Translations under genes and position numbers: made by a program | In this document: positions 20,152-29,089 of the stretch, piece after piece | Numbering within the stretch: position 1 is the stretch's first letter | Layout of the letters: the number at the start of each line of letters is the position of its first letter | The notes under the pieces: generated by a model | What the model saw: only the letters and a program-made list of their open reading frames with translations | Database searches by the model: none | Told to the model about the DNA's origin: nothing | DNA from: Macrostomum lignano | Lineage: Eukaryota | Direction of reading: 5' to 3' | Assembly (NCBI GenBank): GCA_002269645.1 | Contig: NIVC01000229.1 | Span: forward strand, 1 to 29,089 | Length of the DNA stretch: 29,089 nucleotides

Positions 20152-20889
20152 ACATCTGTGAAAGTTATTACAACTGAACTATATTCAATTTTCACTGACA
20201 AGAGCATAACTTATCTTAAAGCTGAACTTTTATCTATTTGTTAATCTTATTAAAAACTACCTTTATCAGCAGCAGACGTACCAGGCTCGCCTATTCAAAT
20301 ATTTTTTCTTGCTAATTTTTTTCAAACTTTCTTGCCAGAGTGGAAGAACCCCAGAAAACGACTTCAAGGACTTTGCTAACCTACTAAAGCAAGAGTCAAG
20401 TAAATTTCGTTCCAGACTGGACTAGAACTAGAAGATTGATTTGCAAAGAAATTTGGCAGAATAAAGTTTGGTACTTCTACTGTTAATTTGCAGTGTCGAT
20501 ACTAAAATATTATTTTATCACTCCCCAAATATTTTCCTTATCGGTTTTGCTGTTGTCCTGCATATTCACTCTGCTTAGTTTCTCTAGAATACTTAAACAG
20601 CACAACAATTTTTCTCTTTTACTTAGTCTTAGACAGCAACTACTGTACTGCTTCTTTGTTGCTATGCTTGAAAGCTACATAATAATCCCATCTCCTTAGA
20701 TAGATTCTATACTGTCCTGATGATGTAAACGTTTGTGTAGTCTTAGTTTCTATTCTGTTCTGTTTTATTCTATTCTAGAAATATACTTTTTAACACACAT
20801 TTATACCAAGTTTTGTTCACACCTCTATCCTAACTAATAACAAGTCTTTTAGTATGACTTCGGATTTTAGAATACATGCGAAAATGGTT

Positions 20890-20939
20890 CCGGGGATTGG
20901 AATTCCCCGGGTTCAAAATCCGCGGGTTTCAACAGCTTG
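20890..20939 (+). terminator. Helitron 3' terminal signal: hairpin(s) plus CTTG
   Basis: CCGGGGA-N7-TCCCCGG (20890-20910) and a bulged CCCGGG...CCGCGGG (20906-20926) ending 13 nt before the terminus. Confidence 0.75.
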
Positions 20940-23060
20940 TCTCTACATATAAAAATCAAAACTCTGTGTGTGTGTGTGTGTGTCTGTCTGTGTGTGGACA
21001 ATTTTGATCGCTATGGACTCCCAAACCGCTCAACCAAATGACACCAAATTTTACACCCACCCTAAACTCACTACGGAGAATGTCTTAGGCTACCTTTAAA
21101 TTTCCTAGACTCAAGTCTTCCTACCTAAAAGTACAAAAAACTGCTCAAAATGCGCAATTTTTTCACTTAATCCTCCATAGCGCCGCTCCACTTCTACCGA
21201 TTCTCTTCAAATTTGACACAGATAATCTTAAACTATTTTGGCACAATCATGTAAAATTTCGAGTCTCAAAGTTAATCCTGAGCGGTGCTGTGAACTTTTA
21301 AAGTTAGGCTGTTTTTTTCAGCGTAGCAACCACCCCAACCTCCGCCCGCCTGCCTCTCTTTCCCGATCTGGGCCCAGATGTGTAAAAGGGTTTCAAAATT
21401 GACTAACTTTCAGCTGCCATAAGTTTGCTTCACATAAAGCGATTGACTTCAAACTTGACACAATTCTTCATTGACCCATTCACTATCTAAATATAAAGTT
21501 TCAACTCTGTAACTCAATCGAAAAAGAAACTGTAAGCATGTGAAGTTTGTCTGCTTTTTCTGTTGTTTGTGCCACTCACTCACTCATTCCCCCAGAGCGA
21601 GACGAAGGGTCAGGCGATAGGACTGAATGTACATAGCAAATGTACAGTGTTTTGGAATAACTTTCTTTATAGCCTTCTCTGCACCCCGAGAGTGGAGAGG
21701 CTACGTTTAGCCATAACAGTTTAGTGAGAAATTCTAACCACTGCCCTCCCCTCTGTATTGGCAAACTCTGCAGCAGTTTAACAGTGGATGGCAAATCAAG
21801 GCAATCCAGCATGGTTTGTAAAAGCGAAAGATTTATGAAAAGGCGATGCAATGCAATAAAACCCTACTAAATTAGTCACAGTCACACCATGGAGATTTTA
21901 AGTTTCTCTTAAAAGTACTTTGAAATTGAAATGGCCTCCTAAAAAATGTGTATTTCCTTGGTTGTTAGACTGATGCAGACTGCAGTGGAGCTGAAGATAC
22001 AAAAATTCTTTTCAGGGCTTGCAAATTGGCAAGAAAGATGACATATCAAAGCATGAGAACAGCCATGAGAGTACTACGTCCCACAAACTGGCTTTCCAAG
22101 CAGGAATGGGCAGACTTTTACCTCAAAGTCCAGAAAAGAATCCAGCTTATGGCTGAGGGGCAGTTGAGAGTGGGGAGAAGAAGGAATAGACTATTCGAAA
22201 AGAGAGGAGAGGTGAGAGAGGGAATAAGAGATAAGATAAAAGATAATAGGAGAGATGAGGGAGCGAGGACAATGAGAGGAGAGAGTAGAGAGGAGCGAGT
22301 AGAGAGGAAAGAGTAGAGAGGAGCGAGTAGAGAGGAGAGAGTAGAAGAGCGAGTAGAGGGGCGAGTAGAGAGGAGAGAGTAGAGGAGCGAGTAGAGGAGC
22401 GAGTAGATAGGAGAGAGTAGACAGTAGAGTAGATAGGAGAGAGTAGACAGTAGAATAGCGAGTGGAGAGGAGAGTGTAGAGGAGCGAGTAGAGAGGAGTT
22501 AGTAAAGAGGAGAAAGGAGAGATAAGAGAGAGAATGGGAGAGAAAAGAGATAAAGTTGTACAGATGAGAGAGGTGTAAGGAGAGATGAGAAATGAGAGAT
22601 GAGAGATAAAGGAGGAGAGTGGAGAGAGAAGAGACGAGACATGGAGAGAGTATATAGAAGAGGGAAGAGAAGAGAAGAGAAGAAAGGAGAAAGGAAAGTG
22701 AGGAGACAAAAGAGGTGAAAGAAAAGAGTACAGAGGACAAAATGAGAGAACATTAAGACAGTAAAGATGACAGATGAAAGAGGGGGGATGAGCTGAGAGC
22801 AGAGACGAAAATGAACAGACGAGAGATGGGAGAGTAGAGAGAACAGAAGAGAGATAAGAGAGAAGAGATTACAGAGACGAGAGGAGAGACAAATGGAGAG
22901 AGAAGTGAGTGAGGCGAGAGGAGAGAAAAGAGGAGAATGGAGGGGAGAGAGTTGAGAGGAGAAGAAAGATGGGAGAGGAGAGATAAGAGAGAAGAGATTA
23001 CAGAGACTAGAGGAGAGAGGAGAGACAGGGAGAGAGAAGAGGAAATAGGAGAATGAAGAG

Positions 23061-23146
<86 letters not shown>

Positions 23147-24108
23147 GAGACAGAGAGAGAGAGAGCGCAGAGCAGAGAGAAACGAGAAGAGATAAGAGAG
23201 AAAAGATAAAAGAAGAGAAAGGAGAGATAAAAATGCAGACAAGAGAGAAGAGAGGTGAGGGAAGAGACGAGCGACAAGGGGAGAGAGAAGAGAGAGAGGA
23301 AAGAGTAGAGAGGAGAGAGGAGAGAGTTAAGAGAAGAGAGAAAAGAATAGAGAGGAGAAGGAAGAGACGAGAGAAGAGGGGGAGAGAGGAGAGAGAGGAG
23401 AAGAGAGAAAACGAAAAAGTAGAGGAGAGAGGAGAGGAGAGAGAAAAGAATAGAGAGGAAAAGGAAGAGACGAGAGAAGAGGGCGAGAGAGGAGAGAGAG
23501 GAGAAGAGAGAAAACGAAAAAGTAGAGGAGAGAGGAGAGGAGAGAGAAAAGAAGGGAAGAGATGAGATAAGAGATATCAAAGAGAAGAGAGATGAGGGAA
23601 GATACGAAAGAAGATAGGAGAGAGGAGAGGAGAGAGAAAACGAAAAGTAGAGAGGAGAGAGAGAGAGAAAAGAGTAGAGAGAAGAGACAAGAGATAAGAG
23701 AGATGAAAGAGAAGAGAGATGATTGAAGATATGAGAGAAGAGAGGAGAGAAGAGAGAGGAGAGACGAGGGACGAGAGAGAAGAAAGGAAACAGAAGAGAC
23801 GATAGAAATTTTAAAGGATCCAAGGGACATAGGGAGAGTCAGGGAGAGGCCAGAGTTTGCCAATACATGTTTTAGAGTCAGACAGACATTGCCTGACATT
23901 CTGTGAAGTACCCCAGTCCAGTCAACAATATCAATGTTTGCCTCAAATCCTAATTTTACACGAATGTGCTCCATTTTATGTCTACCTCTATCCTACTAAC
24001 TATTAACAAGTTTTTGTTTCAGATGGGCTCAGATTTCAGAATACATGCAAAAATAGTTCCAGGGATTGGAATTCCCCGGGTTCAAAATCCGCGGGTTTCA
24101 ACAGCTTG
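20940..24108 (+). mobile_element. Non-autonomous Helitron, internally deleted derivative of the RepHel family
   Basis: Same 5' and 3' termini as 12588-20939. Retains decayed RepHel fragments (21931-21960 ~ start codon region; 21985-22065 ~ 15330-15410; 22066-22100 ~ 19115-19151; 23875-23950 ~ 19220-19295). Confidence 0.88.
22200..23810. repeat. GA-rich low-complexity block inside the non-autonomous Helitron, including (GA)n ~23062-23117 and (GAAA)n
   Basis: Visible directly. Confidence 0.92.

Positions 24109-29089
<4,981 letters not shown>

Larger units (their letters stand above)
12588..20939 (+). mobile_element. Composite autonomous Helitron (5'-TC ... hairpin-CTTG-3')
   Basis: 5' end A|TCTCTACATATAAAAATC followed by (TG)n; intact RepHel ORF; GC-rich hairpins at 20890-20926; end ...aacagCTTG. 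Both termini are defined by their identical copies at 20940 and 24108. Confidence 0.85.

Noticed and set aside
22026-22316. 96-aa ORF in the non-autonomous Helitron as a captured gene
   Set aside because: Spans out-of-frame RepHel remnants and low-complexity DNA; frame is not conserved in the homologous copy at 13680-13900.
22147-23974. Several long L/S-rich and E/R-rich ORFs on both strands (also 9756-10367)
   Set aside because: Artefacts of GA/CT low-complexity DNA.

Overview
Repeat-dominated eukaryotic (metazoan) genomic DNA. TTAGGG repeats, GC-rich Ala/Gly/Pro-rich exons and minisatellite-filled introns suggest a non-arthropod invertebrate, possibly a flatworm such as Macrostomum (inference only). 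Left to right: (i) the 5' part of an RTE-type non-LTR retrotransposon (APE endonuclease preceded by a 2A-like SIEKNPGP motif), joined without a stop codon to the integrase tail of a decayed, 5'-truncated Ty3/Gypsy gag-pol, both on the minus strand (1-5520); (ii) two 3' exons of a KIF13B/Khc-73-like kinesin gene (CAP-Gly domain) on the plus strand, with introns made of tandem repeats anchored on the splice sites (5933-7880); (iii) a 24-bp satellite, an inverted Helitron-related remnant with a CT-rich block and an interstitial (TTAGGG)n (8505-11175); (iv) a (TATC)n microsatellite interrupted at an A^T dinucleotide by two head-to-tail Helitrons. One is an 8.35-kb composite element with an intact 1687-aa Rep-helicase (12588-20939); the other is a 3.17-kb internally deleted derivative (20940-24108). 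The (TATC)n array then resumes in register for at least 5 kb. The most notable signals are the apparently microsatellite-targeted, stacked Helitron pair and the Gypsy-integrase/2A/APE in-frame junction. No alignments or database searches were run; all identities and domain calls were read by eye.
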